A stretch of 64,000 bases of DNA from Calditrichia bacterium (GTDB lineage: Bacteria > Calditrichota > Calditrichia > JAJRVZ01), in NCBI GenBank assembly GCA_963796965.1, contig CAWCNS010000009.1, positions 160,001 through 224,000 of the forward strand. Reading direction: 5' to 3'. Position 1 is the stretch's first letter. Every line of letters starts with the position of its first letter. Under the pieces are notes generated by a model. The model searched no databases, was not told the origin of the DNA, and saw only the letters and a program-made list of their open reading frames with translations. Shown in pieces: positions 11,897-26,687 of the stretch. A program made the position numbers and the translations under genes.

Positions 11897-14697
11897 ATGC
11901 GTTTTAAAATCTCTGCAGCATTTTTAATTTCTCTTTTTATTTTAATTCTATCAGGGTGCACGTCACAAAAATCAGAATTAAAAATTGACTATGAAAAGTA
12001 CACATTAACCAATGGTCTGGAAGTTATCTTGCACGAAGATCGTTCAGATCCAATTGCTTCTGTTGCCATTCTCTATCATGTGGGATCAAATCGCGAGGAG
12101 AGAGGTAAAACTGGTTTTGCACATCTTTTCGAACATATGCTCTTTCAAGAGTCACAACATGTAGGTCAGGATCAGTTTTTCAAAAAAATCCAGGATGCTG
12201 GTGGAACCCTAAACGGCGGTACATGGGAAGATGGAACGATCTATTATGAAGTTGTACCCAATAATGCCCTGGAAATGGTTCTTTGGCTGGAAGCGGATCG
12301 TATGGGTTATTTATTAAGTACGGTAACAGCTGAAGCATTCGCCAACCAACAAGAAGTAGTTATGAATGAAAAAAGGCAGCGTGTCGATAACAATCCCTAT
12401 GGACATACCAGTACATCATTGAGAAACTTCTTTATCCCGAGGATCACCCTTATAATTGGCAAGTGATTGGTTCCATGGACGATTTACGTCAGGCAACACT
12501 TAAGGACGTTCGGGACTTTTATAAGAAATGGTATGGACCCAACAATGCAACCATCGTTGTGGCCGGTGATTTTGACGTCACCCAGACAAAAGATTGGGTG
12601 GAGAAGTATTTTGGTGAGATTAAAGCGAGTGAGAAAGTACCGGATCCGACACCAATGTATACAAGTCTTACTGAGACAAAGCGGGCTTCCTATGAAGACA
12701 AATTTGCAAAATCACCTGAATTGAATATCGTTCTTCCAACAGTAGAGCAATTCACAAAAGATGCGTATGCTTTAGATCTAATGGGTGAACTATTCGCTGA
12801 GGGTAAAAAAGCACCCCTTTATAAAGTCATTGTGGAAGAAGACAAACTCGCGCCTTCCGTTTCAGCCTATAATAGTAGCCAGGAAATCACAGGTTATTTC
12901 CGAATCCGCATTCGTGCTTTCCCCACCAGTAATTTGACGGATGTGGAAAAGTCTATTAACAAAGCCTTCGAAATGTTCGAAACAGAAAAATTTAGCGAGG
13001 CAGATCTTAAGGCTAAAAAAGCCAAATGGGAAACCGCCTTTTACAATGGTATAGCGAGTTTACTAAACAAATCTTTTAACCTGGCCCAGTATAACGAATA
13101 TGCCGGCTCGCCCGGATTCATAGGTAAAGAGCTTCAGGGCATACAAGACGTGAGCAGTGATGATATCTGGCATGTATATAATAAATATATCAAGAATAAG
13201 CCCTTTGTCCTCACGAGCTTTGTTCCCGAAGGAAAAACTGATCTCATCGCTGAGAATTCAATTCCCTTCAAAATCGAGGAAGAATCAGTAAAGGAGCAAA
13301 AGAAGGTTGCTGTTGCTGATAAAGATGAAAAGATTGAAAAAATTCCAACTAAGTTCGATCGCAATATTGAGCCTCCAAAAGGAACCGATCCTTTGCTCAA
13401 AGTCCCGGCCATCTGGGAGAATAAGCTGGCGAATGGATTAAAACTCTTTGGTATTGGACATCATGAATTACCATTAATTCAATTCACGCTGACCTTACAT
13501 GGTGGTATGTTGCTGGATAATCCTCAAAAAATTGGTGTCGCCAACCTGATGACCGACATTATGATGCAAGGCACCAAAAATAAAACGCCCATCGAATTAG
13601 AAGAGGCCATTGATGCTTTAGGGGCATCGATTGGGATGTATACAAACAAAGAGGCAATTGTAATTAGGGCAAATACCCTTACATCAACCTTTGACCAGAC
13701 GTACGCCTTAGTCGAAGAGATTTTGCTTGAACCGCGATGGGATGAAAAAGAATTCGCCCGCGTTAAAAAGCAAACGATTGAAGGAATCAATCGAAGTCAG
13801 GCAAATCCAAATGCCATTGCCTCAAATGTTTTTAGCAAACTGTTGTATGGGGAAGAAAATATTCTGTCCAATAGCACATTGGGGACCGTCGCATCTGTAG
13901 AATCCATTAATATTGAAGATATGAAAGAATTTTACCAAAACTATTTTTCTCCTTCTCTTTCCTACCTCTCTATTGTCGGTGATATTTCTGAGGAAAAAGC
14001 CATTGCGACTTTCAGTTCTCTGGAGAATAAATGGCCGGCCAAAGATGTTAAAATCCCTGAACATCCACTTCCAAAACCGCTAAACAAATCAAAAGTTTAT
14101 TTCGTAGACTTTCCGGGAGCCAAGCAATCGGTAATCAGAATTGGGAATCTTTCCTTAGCCCGTACTGATCCTGATTTCTATCCCGCCTATGTAATGAATT
14201 ATAAGTTAGGCGGTAGTTTTAGCGGGGTTGTCAATTTGATATTGCGCGAAGAAAAGGGTTTTACTTATGGTGCCAGAACGTCATTTAATGGTACAAATAC
14301 ATCAGGACCGTTTACTGCAAGTGCATCCGTACAATCTAATGCCACACTAGAATCAACACAGATATTCAAAGATGAAATGATGAAATACAAGAAGGGTGTT
14401 CCTGCTGAAGATCTGGACTTTACAAAAAATGCCTTAATAAAGTCAAATGCCCGGCGATTTGAAACCATCTCTGCTTTACTGGCCATGCTTAACAATATCG
14501 CCAAATACGATCTTCCAAAAGATTATGTAAAACAGAATGAAAAAATTATCCGCGAGATGACCCTGGAACAGCATAAAGAATTGGCCAATAAATATATTCA
14601 TCCGGATAAAATGATTTATCTTGTCGTGGGTGATGCCAAGACACAATTAAAACCACTCAAAAAACTTGGATTTGGTATGCCCACTGTTATTGGATAA
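11897..14697 (+). CDS. M16 family zinc protease (pitrilysin-like) lipoprotein, one frameshift near 12410
   Basis: LSGC lipobox, HLFEH inverted zinc motif, YGPNNA, LREEKGFTYGA. Confidence 0.93.
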
Positions 14698-14725
14698 GGA
14701 AGGAAATCCAAAATAGGAAGAAGAG

Positions 14726-15072
14726 TCCACGAATTACACTCGTAGAACGAGCCAGACCGAATTTTCACTAATTAATAAGAAAATGATTGAATATCTTTAA
14801 CAAATGCTATCAATTATTAATTCGCGTTAATTTGTGTAATTCGTGGACAAATATCTTTGCGTCTCTGCGAGAGAAAAATGAAACACAAAGGACACAAAGT
14901 AGCCACAAAGGACACGGAGAAAAGACTTTTTATAATTTTTTTTATTTCGGCTTACTTAGACCTGTGATTTTAAACTATTGCTTGGAGTAAGCAAGATCTA
15001 AAACCCTAATTTTTGTCTTTTTTCTTTTGTCCTTTTTCTTATTCTCTGCGTCTCTGCGTCTCTGCGAGAGAG
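14726..15072. repeat. Composite inverted-repeat cassettes (CCACGAATT type plus CACAAAG type with conserved core)
   Basis: ccacgaattacac...gtgtaattcgtgg arms at 14726-14847; acacaaaggacacaaag arm, core ...gcaagatctaaaaccct, then ctctgcgtctctgcg. Confidence 0.8.
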
Positions 15073-15092
15073 ATCCAATTATTCCGAAACCA

Positions 15093-17351
15093 CTAAAGTC
15101 GCTTTACTGCCTCAACAATCGCCTTTGTTGTAATCCCAAAATGCTCCCAGACCTCCATATGTCCTTCAGAAGGCGCAATTTGTGGGTCGCTGATGCCGAT
15201 ATGTTCTAAGGGCAATTTCGTCCCATAAGCCGCCGATCTTACTATCCCGGCAAAGCCGGTCAATCCGGTTGAGGGGCTACCAATGATACCGTCTTCGATC
15301 GTCACAAGACCCTTCGGATAATTCTCGATTATTTTTTCCAATTGATTTTTCTTTAGGGGTAATCCGTTAATAATAAGCACATCCACCTTCTTTTTAGTAT
15401 CCTCCAATTTTTCAAAAGCCTCACCAGCCAGAAAGGCAGGTGCACCCAGGGCAAGGATAGCCCTCTTCGCCCCTTTACTATCGCGGTACTTGGTTACAGC
15501 TTCCCATTTTGAGGTACCTTCCCACAGGGCTTTGTCGCTCTTCTGTTTTGTTAAAATAGGCAGATTATCACGCGGAATACCAATGATATGCCCGCCATAA
15601 TTAGCTGCCAGATCAAGCACAGCTATAAAAGCGGCCCGGGCATCAGCCGGTGCATAAAAACGGTGTAAATAGGGGAGATAGGATATCCCGAGATTAATCC
15701 AATCCAGACTCCAACCGGAGAAATGATCCCGGCCGGTACAGGAGCCAACATGGGAAAGATGCATGGTCGCGTTTAGCCCTTCATTGACACCATTTAGATT
15801 CCGTTGATAACGCCACATTTCAAACCCTTCTCTGGCAATACCTTCAAAAAAAGCAGCAAATGTTGAAAATACATTTAATTGGGGTTTGGAAGAACTCATG
15901 GCCAATCCATTTACCATCATCGCCGATACTTGTTCCTGGATACTCATCTCAAAGGAATGACCCTCCGGGAGAAGTTTGACAGCCGATCCAAGTTTGGTTG
16001 AAGGATCTAAATCACAACTGACATTAAACATTTTTTGAGGAAATTTTTTAGCAACGGCCGCATAACCAACATCGACACCGTTACGCGGACTGACGCTTTT
16101 ACCCGGCTCTGGCAAGGAGACTTTCTTGATTATAGAATCCGGCACAATCAGGTTATCGGTACCAGGCGCTGGTCTTGCTTTTGTGACAACTTTCTTTCCT
16201 GGTTTGGCCAGAAGATCTTGCCATATTTTTTCTTGCCGGCTTGATAATGAGAGCATCGGATTACTTAATACCATTTCTGCATCTCTGCCCTTCATATGCC
16301 CATCATGATGACCCTTTCCTCCCGGAAGATCATTGACCAGAAAGACACATTCCAGCATGGGATCAACATCGCGATAACTCATTAAAGAACCCGGTACCCA
16401 GACTTTGGTGCCTAAGGCAACATTATTTTTCGTCGCAATTTCTTTAACTGCATCCGAGATTTGATACATTTCAGCAAGTTTATTGAGCGATGTTCTTGAT
16501 TTAGGATAGCCCGCCGGATATATCATCGAAGGTACACCAGATTCAGCAAGACTTGACGCCTCTTTATAGGCGTCAAAAAGAGAATCAGGATTATGAAGGC
16601 TGTCAATCTCAAGAATTTTTATACCCAGGGAAGCAATGATCGGACGTGGATCCTTATCCATAATCTGACGATTAGAACCGGATAATTGAATACCATTGCG
16701 GTGCATGATAAAGGTGATCGGAGCTTTTTGCAGATCAGCAGCATTAAATCCATTAAGGGCCTGACCTGAAATCCAACCGGCATCACCGCAATGGGTCAAC
16801 ACCCAGGCATCTTTGCCATAATTGGCCTTTTTTCCGAGAGCCTGCCCAACCGCTACCGGTATCATCACGCCAAGCCGCCCACCATTCAACTGCGTGCCAC
16901 CTGGCACCCAGGAGACATGGCCGGCAATATCCAGACTCCGTCTAAACCGCTTGATAACATCCTTGTCTTCAAGAAAACCATAGGTTGAGAGTCCGGCGTA
17001 ATAACCAACACTGCAATGGGCATTTTCTATGGTGTAGGCAACTTTTTCATAATCTGTAACAGCTAAGGTCATAATAAAAGCAGATAGCAAATCGAGACCA
17101 CCACCCAGGTGATCTAACTCATTGATCTCTGCCAGGGAGGCAAGGGTAAGAATCGCGGTTCGGGCGGCCTGAATTTCCAGAACTTCAAGAATCGCTTTTT
17201 GTTGAATCGTCAATTTTTGTTGCTTCTTCACATCGAGGGAAAAAGGAATAACTTTGGATTCAATTTTTTCTCCCAGATATTTCGAAGATTTCAACAGTTT
17301 CTTATTAATTTTTTGCTGCTCTTTCAGTAGTACATCATCATTCTTTCCCAT
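15093..17351 (-). CDS. Transketolase-like TPP-dependent enzyme (divergent)
   Basis: 752 aa; DHLGGG, IAGHVS, TPP-binding CGDAG...HRNGIQLSG, pyrimidine-binding SCDLDPST, SIQEQ, STFAAF and C-terminal VTIEDG. Confidence 0.8.
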   Translation of the reverse strand: MGKNDDVLLKEQQKINKKLLKSSKYLGEKIESKVIPFSLDVKKQQKLTIQQKAILEVLEIQAARTAILTLASLAEINELDHLGGGLDLLSAFIMTLAVTDYEKVAYTIENAHCSVGYYAGLSTYGFLEDKDVIKRFRRSLDIAGHVSWVPGGTQLNGGRLGVMIPVAVGQALGKKANYGKDAWVLTHCGDAGWISGQALNGFNAADLQKAPITFIMHRNGIQLSGSNRQIMDKDPRPIIASLGIKILEIDSLHNPDSLFDAYKEASSLAESGVPSMIYPAGYPKSRTSLNKLAEMYQISDAVKEIATKNNVALGTKVWVPGSLMSYRDVDPMLECVFLVNDLPGGKGHHDGHMKGRDAEMVLSNPMLSLSSRQEKIWQDLLAKPGKKVVTKARPAPGTDNLIVPDSIIKKVSLPEPGKSVSPRNGVDVGYAAVAKKFPQKMFNVSCDLDPSTKLGSAVKLLPEGHSFEMSIQEQVSAMMVNGLAMSSSKPQLNVFSTFAAFFEGIAREGFEMWRYQRNLNGVNEGLNATMHLSHVGSCTGRDHFSGWSLDWINLGISYLPYLHRFYAPADARAAFIAVLDLAANYGGHIIGIPRDNLPILTKQKSDKALWEGTSKWEAVTKYRDSKGAKRAILALGAPAFLAGEAFEKLEDTKKKVDVLIINGLPLKKNQLEKIIENYPKGLVTIEDGIIGSPSTGLTGFAGIVRSAAYGTKLPLEHIGISDPQIAPSEGHMEVWEHFGITTKAIVEAVKRL

Positions 17352-17472
17352 AATAACTCCTTCTGCTACACTTTTATTATTTGTGTCAATTTTATTTCTC
17401 GTAGAGACGCCAAGACGCTGAGATCGCAGAGAATACAGTTAATAATTCTTGGGATTCGTGGACAAAAATCTT

Positions 17473-18689
17473 TTATGCCCCAAACTTCATAATCCTTTCT
17501 GCTGCAGCCAAAACTTCCAAGCATAATATTTTTCATCACCATTCTACCCAAACCACCCTGTCCACACTGGGTTTCCCCAAATTGGTCGGTATGATCATTT
17601 CGGTTCAATCCATTCCTGGTGTGCAATAAGGCAGGTACCGGATGCCAGCTATGGGCAGACATAACCGCTGGTGTAGAGTGATCTCCGGTTATCAACAATA
17701 CATCGGGATTTAATTCATCAAGTTTTTTAACCCAGGTATCAACTTCTTCTATGACACCAACCTTTGCATCAAAATTACCATCTTCTCCATAACTATCCGT
17801 TTTTTTGAAGTGTACAAAGAAAAAGTCATAATCATCATAATGATCCGCTAATTGCTGAAACATGGCATCATACGTTTCAGGACGGGGAAGGACATCCATT
17901 CCTACCAATCGGGCAAGACCCCTGTACATGGGGTATTGGGCAACAGCGGCGCATTTTATTCCATATCTTTCTTCCATAGTTGGTAAGGGTTCATGTTTGG
18001 CAAATCCGCGGGCAAGAATAAAATTTGCCGGTGCGTCATCTTTCAGAACCTCTTTAGCTTTTGCCAAAAATTCATTAACATATTTTGCCGCTTTATTGGA
18101 GGCGTCATCCTTACCAACCGCTTGTAATGGTGGCACACTCTGTTTTCTGGGAATCGGTATCATTGATATTACCACCAAGATCATCACCCCGTATGACCAA
18201 TAAGGCCCGATGTTCTGATTCTGTTTTCATAAAAAATTCGATACCATCGGATAAGGTAATATTATCCTGAAGCTTTTGACATAATTTTTCATTTAAATCT
18301 GTTGGAATTCGCCCTGCCCGACGATCCGTAACATTACCATCCGCATCAAGCGTGCAAAAATTTAATCGCGCACATACATCCCTACCGGTAACGGCAAAAT
18401 CAACACCAAGTGCTGAAAGGATGCCTCGTCCCACATTATCCTCGATCGGGTCATAACCAAATAAGGCCAGATGGGCAGGACCTGAACCCGGGGTAATGCC
18501 ATAGCCAATCGGATCCAGTAAAGCCAGGCTACCTTCTTTGGCCAATTTATCAAGATTAGGGGTACTGGCTGATTCCAACTCGGTCTTTCCACCGACATCC
18601 CTGGGCAAACCACCCAACCCATCCATGATCAGATAAACTATTTTTGATTTATTCTTTGTAATTAATGTGTTTAATATTTCCTGCTTCAT
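17473..18689 (-). CDS. apgM: 2,3-bisphosphoglycerate-independent phosphoglycerate mutase (archaeal-type), frameshifted
   Basis: IMDGLGG, GITPGSGPAHLALFGYDP, FFFVHFKKTDSYGEDG, TGDHSTP and HSWHPVP; true C-terminus AAAERIMKFGA* at 17473. Confidence 0.9.
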
Positions 18690-18729
18690 TACTTGCTCCT
18701 CAATCATTTTATAATTTATAAAAAAATAT

Positions 18730-18925
18730 TACCACAGAGTACACAGAGTAAATATACAATTATTATTAAATTGAACCTGATTACACTTTCATTCTCTCCG
18801 TGTTCTCTGTGGTTTCATATATTTTCTGGTTTCAGCTAAATGCCACACTTTGCCTGATAATTAACAGAATAAGTATAATATCTATTATGTAAAATTCTTT
18901 GCGTCTTTGCGTCTCTGCGTGAAAT
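18730..18925. repeat. Inverted-repeat cassette (ACCACAGAG type) plus CTTTGCG arm
   Basis: accacagagtacacagag...ctccgtgttctctgtggt at 18730-18813; ctttgcgtctttgcgtctctgcgtga near 18897-18922. Confidence 0.7.
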
Positions 18926-19008
18926 TTTAAAATAATATACAGTTAGCCTTTTAAATTAACGATAATGTCAATTTGATTCAACCGCTTTTAAAACTGTAAA
19001 TTCAAATA

Positions 19009-21417
19009 ATGGCTATACAAATAAACAATAAACAAATCCAGCTTTCCGTCCGGGATCTTGCCCGGACGGCCGCCCATAAAAGTAAACTTCTTACGCCCTT
19101 CCCTTTACCCCAGCGAGGCATGTTAGGAAAACAGGCACAGGCGAAAGTGCAAAAAAAAGAAACAACTCTCCGCGGAATTTTTCATCAGGAAAAACACGTT
19201 CGGCAGGTATTCAAATACAGGGGATACACAATAACCGTACAGGGACGAATTGACGGTCTGTTTGAAAGACCCGACCAGATTGATATTGAAGAAATTAAAT
19301 CGGTCATTCTTCAGGCAAAGGATTTTAAAAACATTGACATAGATGATTATCAGGAATATACAGATCAGGTCCTGATTTATGCCTATCTTATTCAAAAGGA
19401 CCAGCCAAAGATCAGAATTAATCCGGTTCTTATTCTGATCAATCTGATTAACGATCAGGTGAAAAAATTTATTTTACCCTTTATTGCCAATAAAGTTAAA
19501 AATCTTATTCATCAAAAATTCTCAGAAATTATTCAAAATTATACAAATGATGAAAAAAAATATCAAAAGCAATTAAAAAGCCTGGCAGCCATAGACTTTG
19601 CCCTTCCTGAATTACGCCGGCAACAACAAGAGATCATCTCCACGCTCTCTCAAGCATTACAAGATCAAACACATGTAATGATATCGGCTCCAACGGGTAC
19701 CGGTAAAACGGCGGGCGTTTTATATCCTGCCATTCAATATGCCATAAAAAACAGAAAACGTATCATTTACGTAACCCCTAAAACCACGCAGCAGGACATT
19801 ATTCGTCAAACCTACGGTTTATTGGCCGATCAGGGTTTAGAGATGACGGTCTGCTTCTTGCGCGCCAGTCGAAAGATGTGCGCCAATGACATCTTTTTTT
19901 GTCATGAGGATTATTGTCCCTTTGCCCGGAACTATCAGGACGAATCGTTAAAATCCAATCTTTTAGCAGAATTATTAAAAGAAAAAACGATCCTTCCTGA
20001 GACTGTTTACGAAAAAGCAAAAAATCAGGGCATGTGCCCCTCAGAAGTGATGTTTGATATTGCGATGCAGGCGGATATACTTGTCGGTGATTACAATTAT
20101 ATATTTGATCCGCAGGTACAAATCAGACATCTTTTTCAATCCGATGATCTTTCGGATTGGATTTTAATAATAGATGAAGCACATAATCTATATGATAGAG
20201 CGATCACTTCCCTTTCTCCTTCGATGAGTCATCAGGAATTAAAGGAATTAAAAAAGGGCATTATAAATAAAAAACACCGCGTTTATCAAAAGTTATATAA
20301 GTCCCTTGAAAACATTGAACATTTATTTAGAGAACTATACAAGGAAGGTAGGAACAACTATCCGGATCAACAGTATTTTATACATCAACTTGATCTATCC
20401 GTCTGGAAAAAAGCCTTGTTTGATTATGAAATGGCATTTATTGGATATCTTATGTTTAAGATCAAAAAGAATTTGTTGATTCTTGAGGATCCCTTTGAAG
20501 GATTTTATTATGCTTTAAGGGGTTTTATCCGGATAGCCGAGCTGGAAAGAAGAGAATTTGTTCCCTATTATGAAGCAGGACACAAGGGTTCTTTAACGAT
20601 TCAATGTGTCGATCCCTCTGAACATCTGCATAATAGTATTACCAGTTTTCATAATGCCATAGCCATGTCAGGAACATTAGATCCTATAAAATATTACAGA
20701 GAAAACCTGGGCTTTCCGGTCAACAATACGCAATTACTGGAGGTATCATCTCCTTTTTCCACTCAAAACAGACAGATTCTTATAATTCCCAATATATCCA
20801 CCTATTATAAAGATCGCCCGCGGCTATATCCGGATTATGCCAGGATTGTTAAGGATATATCATCTCTAAAATCGGGAAACTATATTGTATTTTGTCCAAG
20901 CTTTGAATTTATACAGAATATGTATCTTTTTCTCGCAACCCATGGTGCCGAAATTTTAATCCAACGTCCAAATCTAAGTCCAGTGGAGAAAGATGAATAC
21001 ATCGAACGGATGCATCAAAAAGATCAGCCCTGTCTTTTATTAGCCGTCATGGGGGGAATCTTTTCTGAAGGAATTGATCTCAGGGGAGATAAGTGCATTG
21101 GTGTCATCATATTTAGCCCTGCTCTACCGCCAATAACCATTGAGAAGGAATTAATAAAACATTACCATGATGAAAAAAATGGCATGGGTGTTGAGGCGGC
21201 CTATATATATCCGGGAATAAACAAAGTAATTCAGTCCGTTGGGCGATTGATTCGCTCCCATGATGATAAAGGTATTATTGTACTAACCGGTGAAAGATTT
21301 GCTCAGGAAGAGATCAATCAATTATTCCCGGCGTACTGGTTTGAAAATACAGGAGACGTAGTTATCACGGAGGATTATAAGACGACGATAGAAGACTTTT
21401 GGAGCAGATTTGAATAG
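19009..21417 (+). CDS. ATP-dependent Fe-S DNA helicase (XPD/Rad3/DinG family) with N-terminal PD-(D/E)XK nuclease-like domain
   Basis: GRIDG...EEIKS...QVLIYAY; Q motif LRRQQ; APTGTGKT; four Cys (KMC, FFC, YCP, MCP); IIDEAHNL, SGTL, FSEGID, QSVGRLIRS. Confidence 0.9.
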   Translation: MAIQINNKQIQLSVRDLARTAAHKSKLLTPFPLPQRGMLGKQAQAKVQKKETTLRGIFHQEKHVRQVFKYRGYTITVQGRIDGLFERPDQIDIEEIKSVILQAKDFKNIDIDDYQEYTDQVLIYAYLIQKDQPKIRINPVLILINLINDQVKKFILPFIANKVKNLIHQKFSEIIQNYTNDEKKYQKQLKSLAAIDFALPELRRQQQEIISTLSQALQDQTHVMISAPTGTGKTAGVLYPAIQYAIKNRKRIIYVTPKTTQQDIIRQTYGLLADQGLEMTVCFLRASRKMCANDIFFCHEDYCPFARNYQDESLKSNLLAELLKEKTILPETVYEKAKNQGMCPSEVMFDIAMQADILVGDYNYIFDPQVQIRHLFQSDDLSDWILIIDEAHNLYDRAITSLSPSMSHQELKELKKGIINKKHRVYQKLYKSLENIEHLFRELYKEGRNNYPDQQYFIHQLDLSVWKKALFDYEMAFIGYLMFKIKKNLLILEDPFEGFYYALRGFIRIAELERREFVPYYEAGHKGSLTIQCVDPSEHLHNSITSFHNAIAMSGTLDPIKYYRENLGFPVNNTQLLEVSSPFSTQNRQILIIPNISTYYKDRPRLYPDYARIVKDISSLKSGNYIVFCPSFEFIQNMYLFLATHGAEILIQRPNLSPVEKDEYIERMHQKDQPCLLLAVMGGIFSEGIDLRGDKCIGVIIFSPALPPITIEKELIKHYHDEKNGMGVEAAYIYPGINKVIQSVGRLIRSHDDKGIIVLTGERFAQEEINQLFPAYWFENTGDVVITEDYKTTIEDFWSRFE

Positions 21418-21435
21418 GCAGGAGAGCAAAAAATT

Positions 21436-21682
21436 TAACCGCAAAGACGCAAAGAAGGCGCAAAGCCCGCAAAGAAAATAATAGGGTTTTAGATCGTGGT
21501 TACTCTAATTTATTTATTGAATGTGTTGATCTCTTAACAACAAAATATTTTATTTAAATTTATAATGTATCTTTAAAATTAATTACAGTTATTTTTGCAA
21601 TATTTGAATCAACACTAACTAAAATCTAAAAAATTAAAAAAAACTTTGCGTGCTTTGCGCCTTCTTTGCGTCTTTGCGGTTA
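21436..21682. repeat. Inverted-repeat cassette (CGCAAAG arms) with conserved core
   Basis: 39-bp arms at 21436-21474 and 21644-21682 match as inverted repeats at 38/39; core AGGGTTTTAGATC at ~21483. Confidence 0.9.
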
Positions 21683-21690
21683 GAACAATC

Positions 21691-22684
21691 TTACATATAA
21701 CTCTTCAATACCTTCATATAGTTAGCACGTTCATAAGCAGCTGGTTCGGCAACAGATTTATGACTCATGCTGCCTTTCATCTGTTTTACAGACTCATATT
21801 CATGCTCTTCCATCCACTGATTCATACCATCGATGAGTGTTTTAATATGCTCAATGCCATTTTGAAACAGGGACGCGCAAAGCTGGGTCACGTCAGCACC
21901 AACCATGATCATTTTTAAAACATCTTCAGCCGTATGAATACCTGAAGTGGCAGCCATACTTGCCTTAATTTTTCCATAGAGGATGGCAATCCAGCGTAAA
22001 GGTACACGCATAGATTCAGATGTACTTAAAACCAAATTCGGAACAACTTCCAGATTTTCCAAGATCGATATCCGGTTGATAAAAACGATTAAATAAAACC
22101 AGCGCATCGACACCAACTTCATCGAACTTTTTCGCCATATGGGAAAGATGAAGTAAAATAGGGCGACAATTTAAGTGCAACAGGAATCGTAACCGCATTT
22201 TTTACAGCTTTTAATACATTCAATATAATTATCTTCTATTTCCTGCGGACTTTTATTCATATCCGTTGCCAGATAATATGAATTCAATTCAAGGGCATCA
22301 GCACCAGCTTCTTGCATATTACGGGCATATTCTGTCCATCCACCGTTTGAAACCCCATTTAAACTGGCAATAATAGGAATGTTGACTGCTTCTTTACATT
22401 TTTGGATATGTGCCAGATATTCATCAGGCCCAAAAGTATACATATCACTGTTCCGGGAAATAACTTGTTGCTTCTGCAAAACTTTCCGTACCCTGGGCCA
22501 GAAAATGATCCATTTCAAATTTCTCATGTATGATTTGTTCTTCAAAAAGAGATTCCAGAACCACAGCAGAGGCACCAACATCTTCCATCCTTTTAACAGT
22601 GGAAACATCGCGTCCTAATGGTGATGCTGAAGGGACTAATGGATTTTTCAATTTTAATCCCATATAAGTGGTTGTTAAATCCAT
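21691..22684 (-). CDS. Dihydroorotate dehydrogenase-like flavoprotein, frameshifted
   Basis: [66 protein letters not shown] across four fragments. Confidence 0.9.
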
Positions 22685-22744
22685 TGCATTACCTTTCTTT
22701 CTATTTTTATATTTTAATTTATAACCAAAGATAAGAGTATCAAA

Positions 22745-22818
22745 GTAAAAAGGTAAAAGGTAAAGGGCAAAAGGATTCCTTTTCCCTTTTCCTTATTACC
22801 TTGTTACCTGATTACCTA
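22745..22818. repeat. Heptamer inverted-arm repeat (GTAAAAG / CTTTTCC, CTTATTAC)
   Basis: gtaaaaaggtaaaaggtaaagggcaaaagg followed by ccttttcccttttccttattaccttgttacc; relatives at 53897-53990 and 47665-47700. Confidence 0.65.
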
Positions 22819-26400
<3,582 letters not shown>

Positions 26401-26528
26401 TTATTCCTCCTCTTTTCGGATGTGATTGAATTTCCTGCCTTGGTAATGATTGGATCATTAAAAGATACGAAATAAATATAATCCTTGAAACCGTGCAGAT
26501 TACCGCTCATAATAGCTGTATATATATG

Positions 26529-26662
26529 ACAAGAAATATGCCAAAAGGGTAATTACCCAACAAATCATTAAATAACAATAGGTTGCATCAAATGAATATT
26601 GTGAGAAAAATGTGTTTTTTCCTAAAATTTAGAAGATTTCTTTAAAAAAACCTAAAATTAAG
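26529..26662 (-). promoter_or_regulatory. Putative sigma-54 promoter with IHF site and tandem enhancer-like palindromes upstream of nifJ
   Basis: Minus-strand TGGCAT-ATTTC-TTGT at 26543-26529; TAACAATAGGTTG at 26573-26585; CTAAAATTTAG at 26622 and CTAAAATTAAG at 26652. Confidence 0.55.
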
Positions 26663-26687
26663 AGAAAAGGAACAGAGGAAGGTAAAA

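Noticed and set aside
12400..12470. Programmed frameshift or genuine two-subunit M16 protease
   Set aside because: The break falls mid-domain (PYGHT...HPYNWQVIG) and resembles the many other indel errors in the window.
19009..21417. Type IV CRISPR CasDinG or Cas4 locus
   Set aside because: No cas genes or array adjacent, and no Cas4 C-terminal Cys cluster in the nuclease domain.
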